NCBI GenBank assembly: GCA_032128115.1
Contig: JAQBHB010000039.1
Coordinates: 1 to 27,022 of the forward strand
DNA length: 27,022 nucleotides
From: Deltaproteobacteria bacterium
GTDB taxonomy: Bacteria; Myxococcota_A; UBA9160; SMWR01
Direction of reading: 5' to 3'
Of the stretch, positions 1-10,165 are shown in pieces. Positions within the stretch are counted from its first letter, which is position 1. Every line of letters begins with the position of its first letter. The translations under genes were made by a program, and so were the position numbers. Under the pieces are notes generated by a model that saw nothing but the letters and a program-made list of their open reading frames with translations, was not told where the DNA came from and searched no databases.

Positions 1-584
1 CCAAGATTCGCGACCTGCTCGAGAAGGAACTCACCAGGGGTGCGGTGTCGCGAGTCGAGATCGAGCGCATCGGTGAGAAGAAGGTTCAGGTGGACATCCA
101 CACCGCTCGCCCCGGTGTCGTCATCGGGCGCAGCGGCAGCGAGGTCGACCGCCTGCGGACGATGCTCGAGAAGCTGACGACGCGAGACATCAAGATCAAC
201 GTGATCGAGGTCAAGGACGCCGAGACCGATGCCCAGTTGCTGGCACGCAGCATCGCCGACCAGTTGCAGGGCCGGGTTTCGTTCCGTCGTGCCCTCAAGC
301 GGGCGGTACAGACCGCGATGAAGGCCGGCGCTCAGGGCGTGCGGGTCCAGGCTCAAGGTCGTCTCGGTGGCGCGGACATGGGGCGCCGCGAGTGGTATCG
401 CGAGGGCCGGGTGCCCCTGCACACGCTCCGAGCCGAGATCGACTACGGGTTCGCCGAGGCCAAGACCACGTACGGGCTCATCGGTGTGAAGTGCTGGGTG
501 TTCAAGGGCGACGTGGCGGACAAGGACATGCGCAAGGGAGCGCTCTCCCAGCGGGTCGGCGACGACCAGCAGCCGCAGAGGTAG
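1..584 (+). CDS. rpsC: 30S ribosomal protein S3 (5'-truncated by window edge)
   Basis: Frame open from the window start ([10 protein letters not shown]...); motifs [45 protein letters not shown]; lies upstream of rplP. Confidence 0.98.
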   Translation, partial: KIRDLLEKELTRGAVSRVEIERIGEKKVQVDIHTARPGVVIGRSGSEVDRLRTMLEKLTTRDIKINVIEVKDAETDAQLLARSIADQLQGRVSFRRALKRAVQTAMKAGAQGVRVQAQGRLGGADMGRREWYREGRVPLHTLRAEIDYGFAEAKTTYGLIGVKCWVFKGDVADKDMRKGALSQRVGDDQQPQR

Positions 585-587
585 CCG

Positions 588-1004
588 ATGCTTCAACCCA
601 AGAAGGTCAAGCACAGGAAGCAGCAGAAGGGTCGCATGCGAGGCAAGGCGTATCGCGGCGGTACCCTGGCGTTTGGCGACTACGGCCTGCAGGCCACGGA
701 ACCGGCCCGGGTAACGGCGCGCCAGATCGAGGCGGCCCGGGTTGCCATGACCCGCTACGTGAAGCGCGGCGGCAAGGTCTGGATCCGGATCTTCCCGGAC
801 AAGCCGATCACGAAGAAGCCGGCCGAGACGCGCATGGGAAAGGGCAAGGGCAACCCGGAAGAGTGGGTGGCCGTCGTGAAGCCGGGGCGGATTCTCTACG
901 AGATGGAGGGGGTCACGCCCGAGGTGGCCCGTGCTGCCCTGCGGCTGGCCGCCCACAAGTTGCCCATATCGACGAAGTTCGTGATGCGTGAGGCTGCACA
1001 GTGA
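588..1004 (+). CDS. rplP: 50S ribosomal protein L16
   Basis: [52 protein letters not shown]. Confidence 0.99.
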   Translation: MLQPKKVKHRKQQKGRMRGKAYRGGTLAFGDYGLQATEPARVTARQIEAARVAMTRYVKRGGKVWIRIFPDKPITKKPAETRMGKGKGNPEEWVAVVKPGRILYEMEGVTPEVARAALRLAAHKLPISTKFVMREAAQ

Positions 1005-1198
1005 AGGCCAATGAGCTCAAAGAACTTTCGATCGAGGAGCTGGATGCGAAGTCCGGCGACCTGCGCAGCGAAATGTTCAATGCGCAGGTGAAGCGCGCGA
1101 CCGGTCAGCTCGAGAATACGGCGAAGCTCAAGTTGCTTCGCCGCGACATCGCTCGCGTGGAGACCATTCTTCGCGAGAGGCGCGGAGCGACAGAGTGA
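1001..1198 (+). CDS. rpmC: 50S ribosomal protein L29
   Basis: 65 aa, [10 protein letters not shown]...[28 protein letters not shown] overlap with the rplP stop. Confidence 0.97.
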   Translation: MKANELKELSIEELDAKSGDLRSEMFNAQVKRATGQLENTAKLKLLRRDIARVETILRERRGATE

Positions 1199-1458
1199 AG
1201 CAACGAGGCAGGCGGCGAACCCTGGTGGGATTGGTGGTCAGCAACAAGATGGACAAGACCGTCGTTGTCCGAGTGGAGCGGCTCGTTCAGGACCCGCAGT
1301 ACAAGAAGTACGTGCGCCGATACTCGAAATTCATGGCTCACGACGAAGGCAACGCTTGCGCCATCGGGGATCGCGTGCAGATCATCGAGCATCGCCCGAT
1401 TTCGAAGCGGAAGTGCTGGATGGTCCAGACCACCATCAACAAGACTGCCGAGGTCTAG
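1195..1458 (+). CDS. rpsQ: 30S ribosomal protein S17
   Basis: [41 protein letters not shown]. Confidence 0.98.
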   Translation: MKQRGRRRTLVGLVVSNKMDKTVVVRVERLVQDPQYKKYVRRYSKFMAHDEGNACAIGDRVQIIEHRPISKRKCWMVQTTINKTAEV

Positions 1459-1464
1459 GCCGGA

Positions 1465-1833
1465 ATGGTTCAACAGGAATCAGTGCTCCAGGTCGCCGAC
1501 AACTCGGGTGCGAGAAGGGTGCAGTGCATCCGCGTGTTGGGAGGGTCGGGCCGTCGCTACGCATCGATCGGAGACGTGATCGTGGTTTCGGTCAAGGATG
1601 CCATTCCCAACGCCCGGGTGAAGAAGGGCGAGGTGCGCCGCGCCGTCGTGGTGCGCACTCGCAAGGGCATCGGGCGCCCGGATGGCTCCGTCATCCGCTT
1701 CGATGACAACGCCGCGGTCCTCATCGACGCCCAGCGCGAGCCGGTGGGAACCCGGATCTTCGGCCCGGTGGGTCGCGAGCTCCGGGCTCACCGCTTCATG
1801 AAGATCGTCTCGCTAGCTCCGGAGGTCCTGTGA
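1465..1833 (+). CDS. rplN: 50S ribosomal protein L14
   Basis: [49 protein letters not shown]. Confidence 0.99.
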   Translation: MVQQESVLQVADNSGARRVQCIRVLGGSGRRYASIGDVIVVSVKDAIPNARVKKGEVRRAVVVRTRKGIGRPDGSVIRFDDNAAVLIDAQREPVGTRIFGPVGRELRAHRFMKIVSLAPEVL

Positions 1834-2381
1834 TGACGCCGCGACTCCTGGAGAAATACCGGGACGAGATCGCGCCGAAACTCGCCGGCGAATTCGGGTA
1901 TGGGAATCGTCACCAGGTGCCGACCCTGGCCAAGATCGTGGTCAATGTCGGTCTCGGCGAGGCGACGGAGAACACGAAGCTGCTGGACAAGGCTGCGGAA
2001 GAGCTGGCGGTCATCACCGGCCAGAAGGCGTTGATCCGCCGCGCCCGGAAGTCGGTGGCCAACTTCAAGCTGCGAGCCGGGCAGCCGATTGGCGCCAAGG
2101 TCACCCTGCGCCGCGCGAGAATGTGGGAGTTTTTCGATCGCCTGGTGAACGTCTCGCTCCCCCGGGTGCGCGACTTCAAGGGCGTGCCGCACAAGGCCTT
2201 CGATGGGAGGGGGAACTTCTCGCTGGGGATTCGCGAGCAGATCATCTTTCCCGAGATCGACTACGACAAGGTGGATCGAATCACCGGAATGAACGTCACC
2301 GTCTGCACCACCGCGAGAAACGACGCCGAGGCACGTGCGCTGCTCACGCACCTGGGTTTCCCTTTCTCGAAGGAATCGTGA
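1833..2381 (+). CDS. rplE: 50S ribosomal protein L5
   Basis: ATG at 1833 overlaps the rplN stop (TGATG), GGAGG at 1821-1825; [50 protein letters not shown]. Confidence 0.99.
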   Translation: MTPRLLEKYRDEIAPKLAGEFGYGNRHQVPTLAKIVVNVGLGEATENTKLLDKAAEELAVITGQKALIRRARKSVANFKLRAGQPIGAKVTLRRARMWEFFDRLVNVSLPRVRDFKGVPHKAFDGRGNFSLGIREQIIFPEIDYDKVDRITGMNVTVCTTARNDAEARALLTHLGFPFSKES

Positions 2382-2391
2382 GCCATCTGCC

Positions 2392-2787
2392 ATGATGACC
2401 GACCCGATCAGCGACATGCTCACCCGGATCCGGAACGCCGGCATGGCGAAGCAATCCGAGACCTTCTGCCCCATGTCGAGGCTCAAGCTCGCCGTGGCCA
2501 AGGTGCTCCATGCGGAAGGGTTCCTGAATGACGTGCGCGTAGAAGTGCGCGAAGGCAGGGTCTACATGGTTCTCGGCATCCGCTACGACGAAGACGGCAA
2601 AACCGTGATCGACGGCATCCGTCGGGTCAGCAAGCCCGGCCGCCGGGTCTACGTGGACAAGACCCGGGTGCCCAAGGTGCGAAGCGGCCTGGGGGTGGCA
2701 GTTCTCTCCACCTCCCGCGGCGTGCTCTCGGATCGCGCCGCTCGTGATGCCTCGTTGGGTGGCGAAGTCATGTGTGAGGTCTGGTAG
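2392..2787 (+). CDS. rpsH: 30S ribosomal protein S8
   Basis: MMTDPISDMLTRIRNA, RVSKPGRRVY, GLGVAVLSTSRGV, GGEVMCEVW. Confidence 0.99.
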   Translation: MMTDPISDMLTRIRNAGMAKQSETFCPMSRLKLAVAKVLHAEGFLNDVRVEVREGRVYMVLGIRYDEDGKTVIDGIRRVSKPGRRVYVDKTRVPKVRSGLGVAVLSTSRGVLSDRAARDASLGGEVMCEVW

Positions 2788-2789
2788 GC

Positions 2790-3335
2790 GTGTCTCGCAT
2801 CGGAAAGCAGCCCATCGACGTTCCGAGCGGCGTCAACGTGACGCAGGGCGACGGGAACGTCCAGGTGAAGGGCCCGAAGGGGACGCTCAGTCAGCGGATG
2901 CCGGCGGGGATCAGTCTGGAGATCGCCGAAAATCGGATCCAGGTGAATCGGGCCGACGACTCGAAGGACAGCCGAGCACTTCACGGGCTGGCCCGAGCTC
3001 TGCTGGCCAACATGGTGCACGGCGTTACGAAGCCGTGGGTCAAGGAGCTGGAGATCCAGGGGGTGGGCTATCGGGCCGAGGCGGCGGGCAAGCAGCTCAA
3101 GCTGGCCCTGGGATTCTCGCACCCGGTGGCAATGGCGATTCCCGAGGGCCTGTCCGTCTCGGTGGATCGCAACGTGATCGTCCGGATCGAGGGGATCGAT
3201 CGCCAGCAGGTCGGCCAGTTCGCGGCCGACGTGCGGGCCAATCGCCCTCCCGAACCCTACAAGGGCAAGGGCGTCCGGTATGTGAACGAACGCGTCCGTC
3301 GCAAGGTTGGCAAGTCCGGCGCCGCCGGAGGCTGA
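2790..3335 (+). CDS. rplF: 50S ribosomal protein L6
   Basis: MSRIGKQPI, VKGPKGTL, GVGYRA, LGFSHPV, RPPEPYKGKGVRY. Confidence 0.99.
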   Translation: MSRIGKQPIDVPSGVNVTQGDGNVQVKGPKGTLSQRMPAGISLEIAENRIQVNRADDSKDSRALHGLARALLANMVHGVTKPWVKELEIQGVGYRAEAAGKQLKLALGFSHPVAMAIPEGLSVSVDRNVIVRIEGIDRQQVGQFAADVRANRPPEPYKGKGVRYVNERVRRKVGKSGAAGG

Positions 3336-3342
3336 GGTCACG

Positions 3343-3714
3343 ATGAAGCGCAAGATCCACGACGAGAAGCTCCGAAAGCGGATTGCCCGAAGGGGTCGGG
3401 TGAGGCGCCGCGTGACTCGGAGAGATCGCACGATGCTCACGGTTTTCCGGAGCGCACGGCACATCTACGCCCAGCTCGTCGATGGGGCCTCCGGGGAGAC
3501 CCTGGTCACCGTTTCCAGCCAGTCGAAGAGCGTAATGGGCGATTCTGTCGCAACCGGCGGCGTCGAAGCTGCCAAGCGGGTGGGCAAGGCGATCGCCGAC
3601 CAGGCTCGCGAGAAGAAGATCGAACGAGTGGTGTTCAACCGCAACGGGTTTCTCTTTCATGGCCGGGTGAAGGCGCTTGCAGAAGCGGCTCGCGAAGCCG
3701 GCCTTCGATTCTAG
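3343..3714 (+). CDS. rplR: 50S ribosomal protein L18
   Basis: ATG 3343 after [47 protein letters not shown]. Confidence 0.97.
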   Translation: MKRKIHDEKLRKRIARRGRVRRRVTRRDRTMLTVFRSARHIYAQLVDGASGETLVTVSSQSKSVMGDSVATGGVEAAKRVGKAIADQAREKKIERVVFNRNGFLFHGRVKALAEAAREAGLRF

Positions 3715-3721
3715 GACGGAA

Positions 3722-4210
3722 ATGCGCACCCAACAGATCAATCCCAACGATTACGAACTCACGGACCGGGTCGTCCACATCAATCGCGTGGCCAAGGTGG
3801 TCAAGGGCGGACGCCGATTCAGCTTCAGCGCCCTGATCGTCGTCGGCGATGGCGACGGCGTGGTAGGCGCGGGCTACGGCAAGGCCGGCGAGGTGCCCGA
3901 GGCGATTCGCAAGGGCGTCGAGCGTGCCCGCAGGTCGCTGATCCGGATCCCGCTGGTGGACGGGACGCTTCCCCACGATGTGCTGGGACGTTTCGGAGCG
4001 GCGCGGGTGCTGCTGCGCCCGGCGTCGCCGGGAACCGGCGTGATCGCTGGGGGCCCGGTGCGGGCGGTGCTCGAGGCGGCAGGCGTGCGCGACGTGCTGA
4101 CCAAGAACCTGGGCACCAACAACGCCAACAACGTGATTCGCGCGACCATGACGGCGCTGACGGAGCTCCACGATCCGGAGACCCGCAAGCGCACTCTGGG
4201 TCGACTGTGA
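3722..4210 (+). CDS. rpsE: 30S ribosomal protein S5
   Basis: [43 protein letters not shown]. Confidence 0.99.
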   Translation: MRTQQINPNDYELTDRVVHINRVAKVVKGGRRFSFSALIVVGDGDGVVGAGYGKAGEVPEAIRKGVERARRSLIRIPLVDGTLPHDVLGRFGAARVLLRPASPGTGVIAGGPVRAVLEAAGVRDVLTKNLGTNNANNVIRATMTALTELHDPETRKRTLGRL

Positions 4211-4392
4211 TGGCGGCCGCGCGCGTGAAGGTGCGATGGGTGCGCAGCCAGATCGGCTTCGATCGCCGCCAGAGGGCCACCCTGAGGGGTCTGGGGCTGC
4301 GGCGCCTGAACCAGACGGTGGAACTGGAGGACACCGCGTCGGTCCGCGGGATGATCAAGAAGGTGATCCACCTGCTGGTCGTGGAGGGCTGA
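4210..4392 (+). CDS. rpmD: 50S ribosomal protein L30
   Basis: [38 protein letters not shown] overlap with rpsE. Confidence 0.97.
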   Translation: MAAARVKVRWVRSQIGFDRRQRATLRGLGLRRLNQTVELEDTASVRGMIKKVIHLLVVEG

Positions 4393-4396
4393 CAAC

Positions 4397-4840
4397 GTGC
4401 TTGACCGACTTACACCGCGTCCCGGATCTCGTCAGCGCACCAAGCGGGTGGGTCGGGGGCCGGGCTCGGGCTTGCACAAGACTTCGGGCCGGGGCGAAAA
4501 GGGCCAGGGCAAGCGCTCGGCTGGCCGTGAGACGCCCTTCCACTTCGAGGGGGGTCAGATGCCGATCACGCGGCGCCTGCCCAAGCGCGGCTTCCACAAC
4601 CGCAATCGGGAGGCATCGCGGGTGCTGAACGTCTCGGCCCTCGCCCTGTTGGGGGAGGGCGCCACGGTGAACCTGGAGACCCTGGTGAACCGCGGGCTGA
4701 TTCCGCGGCGAGGGGGACCGGTGAAGTTGCTGGGCCAGGGCGACTCCCCCAAGAAGCTGACCGTCGCCGTCCACAAGATCAGCGCCAGCGCGCGGCAGAA
4801 GATCGAAGCGGCTGGTGGGAGCGTCGAACTCGTCAAATGA
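4397..4840 (+). CDS. rplO: 50S ribosomal protein L15
   Basis: [41 protein letters not shown]. Confidence 0.98.
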   Translation: MLDRLTPRPGSRQRTKRVGRGPGSGLHKTSGRGEKGQGKRSAGRETPFHFEGGQMPITRRLPKRGFHNRNREASRVLNVSALALLGEGATVNLETLVNRGLIPRRGGPVKLLGQGDSPKKLTVAVHKISASARQKIEAAGGSVELVK

Positions 4841-6147
4841 TCGGTGGCGTCCAGAACATCGCGAGGATCACGGAGCTCCGTCAGCGGATCCTCTTCACCT
4901 TTGCGATGCTCGCGGTGTATCGCGTGGGTGCCTTCATCGTCACGCCGGGCATCGACCCGGCCGTGGTGCGCGAGTTCTTCCAGCAGATGGCGGGCACCGT
5001 TTTCGGCCTCTTTGCCATGTTCTCGGGGGGCGCGCTGGAGCAACTCTCCATCTTCTCCCTGGGCATCATGCCCTACATCAGTGCCTCCATCATCTTCCAG
5101 CTCCTGACGGTGGTGATTCCCAAGCTCGAGGAGCTGAAGAAGGAAGGCGCCGCGGGCCAGAAGACGATCAACCAGTACACGCGCTATGCCACGATCGTCC
5201 TGGCCATGTTCCAGGGCTTCCTGATCGCTCTGGCCCTGGAGAACGGTCAGTTCGGCCAGGGCGCGGTCATGAACCCGGGCATGGGTTTCAAGCTCATGTG
5301 CATGATCACCCTGACCTCGGGCACGGCATTCATCATGTGGCTGGGCGAGCAGATCACCGAGCGCGGCATCGGCAACGGCATCTCCATGGTGATCTTCGCC
5401 AGCATCATCGTCAGCATCCCGTCCGCCATGGGGAACCTCTTCCAGCTGATCCGCACCGAGCAATTCAGCATCCTGGAGGGGCTGTTCATCGCGGCGTTTG
5501 GGGTGGGCCTGATCTTCTTCGTGGTGATCGTCGAGCGAGGCCAGCGCCGGATTCCCATCCAGCACGCGCGCCGGGTGGTGGGCAAGCGCGTGGTGCAGGG
5601 GGGCATGAGCTATTTCCCTCTGCGGGTGAACACCGCCGGTGTGATTCCGGCCATCTTCGCCTCCTCCCTGCTGATGTTCCCCTTGACCATCGGCCAGTTC
5701 ACCGATTCGCCCGGGATCCAGTCGTTCATCGACATCTACCTGAATCCCGGGAGCCCCCTGTACCAGGTGGTCTACGCCGGATTCATCATCTTCTTCTGCT
5801 ACTTCTACACGGCCATCATGATCGATCCGGTCGATGTGGCCGACAACATCAAACAGTCCGGCGCCTACATCCCGGGCATCCGGCCGGGCAAGCGCACCGC
5901 CGAGCACATCGACCGGATCCTGACGCGGATCACGTTGGTGGGCGGCATCTACATGTCGGCCGTTTGCGTCCTGCCCACGATCCTGTCCGTGCGGTTCGGG
6001 GTTCCCTTCTATCTGGGTGGCACGGCGCTGCTGATCGTGGTGGGCGTGGGGCTCGACACCATCGGGCAGATCGAGGCCCATCTGGTGTCACGCCAGTACG
6101 AGGGCTTCGTCAAGGGCACGCGGGTGCGCGGGCGGCTCGGGCGATGA
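4837..6147 (+). CDS. secY: Preprotein translocase subunit SecY
   Basis: SIFSLGIMPYISASIIFQLL, WLGEQITERGIGNGISMVIF, GVIPAIFASS, IPGIRPG, GGTALLIVVGV; multiple TM segments. Confidence 0.99.
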   Translation: MIGGVQNIARITELRQRILFTFAMLAVYRVGAFIVTPGIDPAVVREFFQQMAGTVFGLFAMFSGGALEQLSIFSLGIMPYISASIIFQLLTVVIPKLEELKKEGAAGQKTINQYTRYATIVLAMFQGFLIALALENGQFGQGAVMNPGMGFKLMCMITLTSGTAFIMWLGEQITERGIGNGISMVIFASIIVSIPSAMGNLFQLIRTEQFSILEGLFIAAFGVGLIFFVVIVERGQRRIPIQHARRVVGKRVVQGGMSYFPLRVNTAGVIPAIFASSLLMFPLTIGQFTDSPGIQSFIDIYLNPGSPLYQVVYAGFIIFFCYFYTAIMIDPVDVADNIKQSGAYIPGIRPGKRTAEHIDRILTRITLVGGIYMSAVCVLPTILSVRFGVPFYLGGTALLIVVGVGLDTIGQIEAHLVSRQYEGFVKGTRVRGRLGR

Positions 6148-6713
6148 GTGCGCGACGGCTCCTGATGCTGGGCCCGCCCGGTTGCGGCAAGGGCACCCAG
6201 GCCCGGCGGCTGGTGGCCCGGCTCGGCGTTCCCCAGATCTCCACCGGGGACATGCTGCGGGCAGCCGTGGCGGCCGGCACATCGGTGGGGAGCCAGGCCC
6301 AGGAGTACATGGCGAAGGGCTCGTTGGTTCCCGACGAGGTGGTCATCGGGGTGGCGGCAGAACGTCTGGCCGAGCCCGACGCCAAGACCGGCTTCATCCT
6401 CGACGGCTTTCCCCGCACCCTGGCCCAGGCCGAGGCCCTGGACAGCCTCCTCGAGGGCATGGACGTGGCGCTGGAGCGCTGCGTCGCCCTGGTGGTAGAC
6501 GACGAGACCCTGGTGGAGCGGCTGCTCAAGCGGCGGGAGATCGAGGGCCGCAGCGACGACAACGAGGAGAGCATCCGCCATCGCATGCAGGTCTATCGCG
6601 ACCAGACGGAGCCGCTGACCCGGTACTACCGGGAGCGGGAGGTGCTGGCCGAGGTGGATGGCATGGGCTCCGTGGACGCGGTGGAGAAGCGGGTCGGGGA
6701 GGCCCTGGCCTGA
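6144..6713 (+). CDS. adk: Adenylate kinase, short-LID type
   Basis: P-loop GPPGCGKGTQ, ISTGDMLR, GFILDGFPRT, RSDDNEE, YRDQTEPL; ATGA overlap with the secY stop. Confidence 0.97.
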   Translation: MSARRLLMLGPPGCGKGTQARRLVARLGVPQISTGDMLRAAVAAGTSVGSQAQEYMAKGSLVPDEVVIGVAAERLAEPDAKTGFILDGFPRTLAQAEALDSLLEGMDVALERCVALVVDDETLVERLLKRREIEGRSDDNEESIRHRMQVYRDQTEPLTRYYREREVLAEVDGMGSVDAVEKRVGEALA

Positions 6714-7501
6714 TGGGTTACGGCCAGCGCATCCCCATCAAGACCCGCCGTGAGATCGATCTCATGCGCGAGGCCGGGCGCCACGTGGCGGAGATCCTGC
6801 TGGAGCTCCGGGATCGGGTGAAGCCGGGGGTCACGACCCAGGAGCTGGCTCTTTGCGCCGAGAAGGCCATCGCCGAGCGGGGAGTTATTTCGTCCTTCAA
6901 GGGCTACGATCCCTACGGTCTCCCGAAATACCCGGCCGTCCTGTGCGTCTCCGTCAACGACGAGATCGTCCACGGCATTCCCGGACCCCGCGAGCTGTTG
7001 GACGGGGACGTGGTGGGCCTGGATTTCGGGGTGTCGGTGGACGGCTTTCACGGCGACTCGGCGGTGACCGTGCCCGTCGGGCAGATCGACGCGGAGCGAC
7101 AGAAGCTCCTGGACGTGACCCGGGACGCGCTGTGGAAGGGCGTCGAGAAGATGAAGGCGGGCAACCGCCTGTCGGACATCAGTCACGCGGTGCAGCAGCG
7201 GGTAGAGGGCGAGAGCTTTTCGGTGGTCCGCATCTTCGCCGGCCACGGTATTGGCCAGGAGCTTCACGAGCCGCCCTGGCTTCCCAACTACGGGAAGCCC
7301 GGTCGCGGTCCGCGCCTGGTGCCGGGTATGGTTCTGGCGATCGAGCCGATGGTGGATATGGGTCGCCCGGACGTGAGGATGCTCGACGACGAATGGACTG
7401 CGGTGACGGCGGACGGCTCGCTCTCGGCCCACTTCGAGCACACCGTCCTGATTACCGATGGCGAAGCCGAGATCCTGACGGGGATCGAAGGTTCGCACTA
7501 G
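6713..7501 (+). CDS. map: Methionine aminopeptidase type I
   Basis: [11 protein letters not shown], metal ligands in LDFG, GDSAVT, GHGIG, AIEPM, AHFEHT. Confidence 0.98.
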   Translation: MGYGQRIPIKTRREIDLMREAGRHVAEILLELRDRVKPGVTTQELALCAEKAIAERGVISSFKGYDPYGLPKYPAVLCVSVNDEIVHGIPGPRELLDGDVVGLDFGVSVDGFHGDSAVTVPVGQIDAERQKLLDVTRDALWKGVEKMKAGNRLSDISHAVQQRVEGESFSVVRIFAGHGIGQELHEPPWLPNYGKPGRGPRLVPGMVLAIEPMVDMGRPDVRMLDDEWTAVTADGSLSAHFEHTVLITDGEAEILTGIEGSH

Positions 7502-7515
7502 AGGGAGCAGGGATC

Positions 7516-7629
7516 GTGAAGGTTCGAGCATCGGTTCGAAAGATGTGCGACAAGTGCCGGATCATCCGGCGCCGGGGCGTCGTACGCGTGATCTGCGAGA
7601 ACCCCAAGCACAAGCAGCGACAGGGCTGA
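7516..7629 (+). CDS. rpmJ: 50S ribosomal protein L36 (Zn-ribbon, C+ type)
   Basis: GTG start; [37 protein letters not shown]. Confidence 0.98.
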   Translation: MKVRASVRKMCDKCRIIRRRGVVRVICENPKHKQRQG

Positions 7630-7672
7630 GGTGCTGGCGCGCCCAATGGCATGGATCGGGAGGTAGTCTGAC

Positions 7673-8056
7673 ATGGCGCGAATCGCGGGTATCGACCTGC
7701 CTCGCAACAAGCGGATCGAGATCTCGCTTACCTACATCTTCGGGGTGGGTCGCAGTTCGGCGCGCGAGATCTGCCAGAAAGCGGATGTCGACCTGGACAC
7801 GCGCACCGATCGCCTGGCGGATGCCGAGGTGGTGCGGCTGCGCGAGGTGATCGAGGAAGGCTACAAGGTGGAGGGAGACCTGCGCCGCGAGGTCTCCCAG
7901 AACATCAAGATGCTCATGGACATCGGCTGCTACCGGGGCCTTCGCCACCGGCGCGGTCTGCCGGTTCGTGGTCAGCGAACTCACACCAACGCGCGCACGC
8001 GCAAGGGCCCGGTCAAGACGATCGCGGGCAAGAAGAAGCCGGCCACCAAGAAGTAG
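7673..8056 (+). CDS. rpsM: 30S ribosomal protein S13
   Basis: [45 protein letters not shown]. Confidence 0.99.
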   Translation: MARIAGIDLPRNKRIEISLTYIFGVGRSSAREICQKADVDLDTRTDRLADAEVVRLREVIEEGYKVEGDLRREVSQNIKMLMDIGCYRGLRHRRGLPVRGQRTHTNARTRKGPVKTIAGKKKPATKK

Positions 8057-8079
8057 CCGGGAAGGAGAGGGGCGGAGCC

Positions 8080-8460
8080 GTGAAAAAAGGTTCTCGCAAG
8101 AAGGTCAAGAAGAACGTCCAGTCGGGCATCGCCCACATCCAGTCGACGTTCAACAACACCATGATCACGATCACCGACGTGGCTGGCAACGCGCTGTGTT
8201 GGGCGACCGCCGGTGGCCAGGGCTTCAAGGGCTCGCGGAAATCCACCCCGTTCGCTGCCCAGGTGGCCGCCGAGGAGTGTTCGAAAAAGGCCATGGAGCA
8301 CGGCGTTCGTCAACTCGCGATCTATGTGAAGGGTCCGGGGTCGGGCCGAGAATCCGCCGTGCGCGCCATTCAGGCCGCCGGCATCAAGGTCACCATGATC
8401 CGGGACGTGACCCCCATACCCCATAACGGTTGCCGCCCGCCCAAGCGGCGGCGGGTCTAG
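8080..8460 (+). CDS. rpsK: 30S ribosomal protein S11
   Basis: [42 protein letters not shown]. Confidence 0.99.
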   Translation: MKKGSRKKVKKNVQSGIAHIQSTFNNTMITITDVAGNALCWATAGGQGFKGSRKSTPFAAQVAAEECSKKAMEHGVRQLAIYVKGPGSGRESAVRAIQAAGIKVTMIRDVTPIPHNGCRPPKRRRV

Positions 8461-8481
8461 GCCCGGGAGCGGAGTCGAACC

Positions 8482-9108
8482 ATGGCGCGATATTCCGATG
8501 CGGTCTGCCGCCTGTGTCGTCGGGAGGGGGGGAAGCTCTTCCTGAAGGGCGATCGCTGCTTCAGTCCGAAGTGCGCCGTTGAGCGTCGTGCCTACCCGCC
8601 CGGGCAGCACGGCCAGGGACGGGCTCGCTTCTCCGACTATGGCGTCCAGCTGCGCGAGAAGCAGAAGGTCAAGCGCATGTACGGTCTGATGGAGAACCAG
8701 TTCGTGCGCACCATGCGCAGGGCCTCCCGCATGAAGGGTCGCGCCGGCGAGAATCTGCTGATTCTCCTGGAGCGACGGCTCGACAACGTGGTGTTTCGCA
8801 TGGGATTCGCCACGTCGCGTGCCGAGGCGCGCCAGCTGGTGCGTCACGGACACTTCGCAGTGGATGGGAAGCGGGCGACCATCGCGTCGATGCAGCTGAA
8901 GCCCGGAGCCACGGTCAGGGTCGTGGAGGGCTCCCGGAAGGTGACGCGCATCGCTGGCGCCCTGGAGGCCCTGGAGGGTCGCAGCGTGCCCCAGTGGCTG
9001 GAGACCAACAAGGAAGGCTTCGAAGGGACGGTCAAGGCCATGCCCGTCCGTGAAGACATCACCATGCCCATTCAAGAGCAGCTCATCGTCGAACTCTACT
9101 CGCGATGA
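8482..9108 (+). CDS. rpsD: 30S ribosomal protein S4 (Zn-binding C+ type)
   Basis: [61 protein letters not shown]. Confidence 0.99.
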   Translation: MARYSDAVCRLCRREGGKLFLKGDRCFSPKCAVERRAYPPGQHGQGRARFSDYGVQLREKQKVKRMYGLMENQFVRTMRRASRMKGRAGENLLILLERRLDNVVFRMGFATSRAEARQLVRHGHFAVDGKRATIASMQLKPGATVRVVEGSRKVTRIAGALEALEGRSVPQWLETNKEGFEGTVKAMPVREDITMPIQEQLIVELYSR

Positions 9109-9137
9109 TGCTCTCAGAACCATATCGGGGGGAACCC

Positions 9138-10163
9138 ATGGAACAGAACGTCGTTGCCCGGAACTGGCGCAAACTGATTCGACCGCGAGAGCTCGAGTCG
9201 GATCTGGAAGGCACGAACGATTTCTACGGCCGGTTTGCGTGCGAGCCGTTCGAGCGCGGCTTTGGGATCACGCTGGGCAACGCCCTGCGCCGTGTGTTGC
9301 TCTCGTCCCTGCAGGGAGCTGCGATCACGTCCGTCCGGATCACCGGCGTGCTTCACGAGTTCTCCACCGTGCCCGGCGTGATCGAGGACATGAGCGAGAT
9401 CGTCCTCAATCTCAAAGAGGTCCGCCTGCGCATGCACGTGGAGGGTCCGAAGACCCTGCGGCTCCACAAGACGGGGGAGGGCGTCCTCACGGCCGCCGAC
9501 CTCGCGTCCGTTGACTCGGCCATCGAGGTCCTGAATCCCGACCACAAGATCGCCACCCTGTCTCCAGAGGCCGACGTGGAGATGGAGGTGACGGTGGGCC
9601 TGGGCAAGGGGTACGTCCCTGCCGAGAAGAACAAGACCGAGGAGATGCCCATCGGTACGGTGCCCATCGATTCGGTCTTTTCGCCGGTTCGCCGCGTGAA
9701 CTACACGGTGACGCCGGCGCGCGTCGGTCGAGAGACCGACTTCGACCGGCTCAATCTGGAGATCTGGACCGACGGCACGGTGGCGCCGGTGGATTCTCTG
9801 GCCTACGCCGCAAAGATCCTGAAGGAACAGCTGGCGATCTTCATCAACTTCGAGGAGCCCGCCGAGATGCTGGCGCCGCTCCCCGACGAGCCCACACCGC
9901 TCAATCCGAACCTCTTCAAGTCCGTGGACGAGCTGGAGCTGTCGGTGCGCTCGGCCAACTGCCTCCAGAACGCCAACATCCGCTACATCGGCGAACTGGT
10001 GCAGCGCACCGAGTCCGATATGCTCAAGACCAAGAACTTCGGTCGGAAGTCTCTCAACGAAATCAAGGAAGTGCTTGCCTCCATGGGACTGGAACTCGGG
10101 ATGGCTCTCGAGGGCTTCCCGGAGCGTAAGGAAGTGGAGCGATTGAGGGAGCGCGAGGCGTAG
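9138..10163 (+). CDS. rpoA: DNA-directed RNA polymerase subunit alpha
   Basis: [62 protein letters not shown] 9138 follows a G-rich RBS (9105 is an alternative start). Confidence 0.99.
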   Translation: MEQNVVARNWRKLIRPRELESDLEGTNDFYGRFACEPFERGFGITLGNALRRVLLSSLQGAAITSVRITGVLHEFSTVPGVIEDMSEIVLNLKEVRLRMHVEGPKTLRLHKTGEGVLTAADLASVDSAIEVLNPDHKIATLSPEADVEMEVTVGLGKGYVPAEKNKTEEMPIGTVPIDSVFSPVRRVNYTVTPARVGRETDFDRLNLEIWTDGTVAPVDSLAYAAKILKEQLAIFINFEEPAEMLAPLPDEPTPLNPNLFKSVDELELSVRSANCLQNANIRYIGELVQRTESDMLKTKNFGRKSLNEIKEVLASMGLELGMALEGFPERKEVERLREREA

Positions 10164-10165
10164 TC

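Noticed and set aside
4555..6081. Long antisense or alternative-frame ORFs over secY, lepA, argS, pyrC, carA and the protease
   Set aside because: Expected in GC-rich coding DNA. They have Arg/Pro/Gly-rich or shadow composition and no domain motifs.
7502..7515. Absence of infA between map and rpmJ
   Set aside because: infA lies outside this operon in many proteobacterial lineages, so this alone is not unusual.
4815..7629. Apparent long N-terminal extensions on adk, map and rpmJ (also lepA, lepB, pyrC, SPOR) in the ORF track
   Set aside because: ORF-caller artefacts. The true starts overlap or follow the upstream stop codons.
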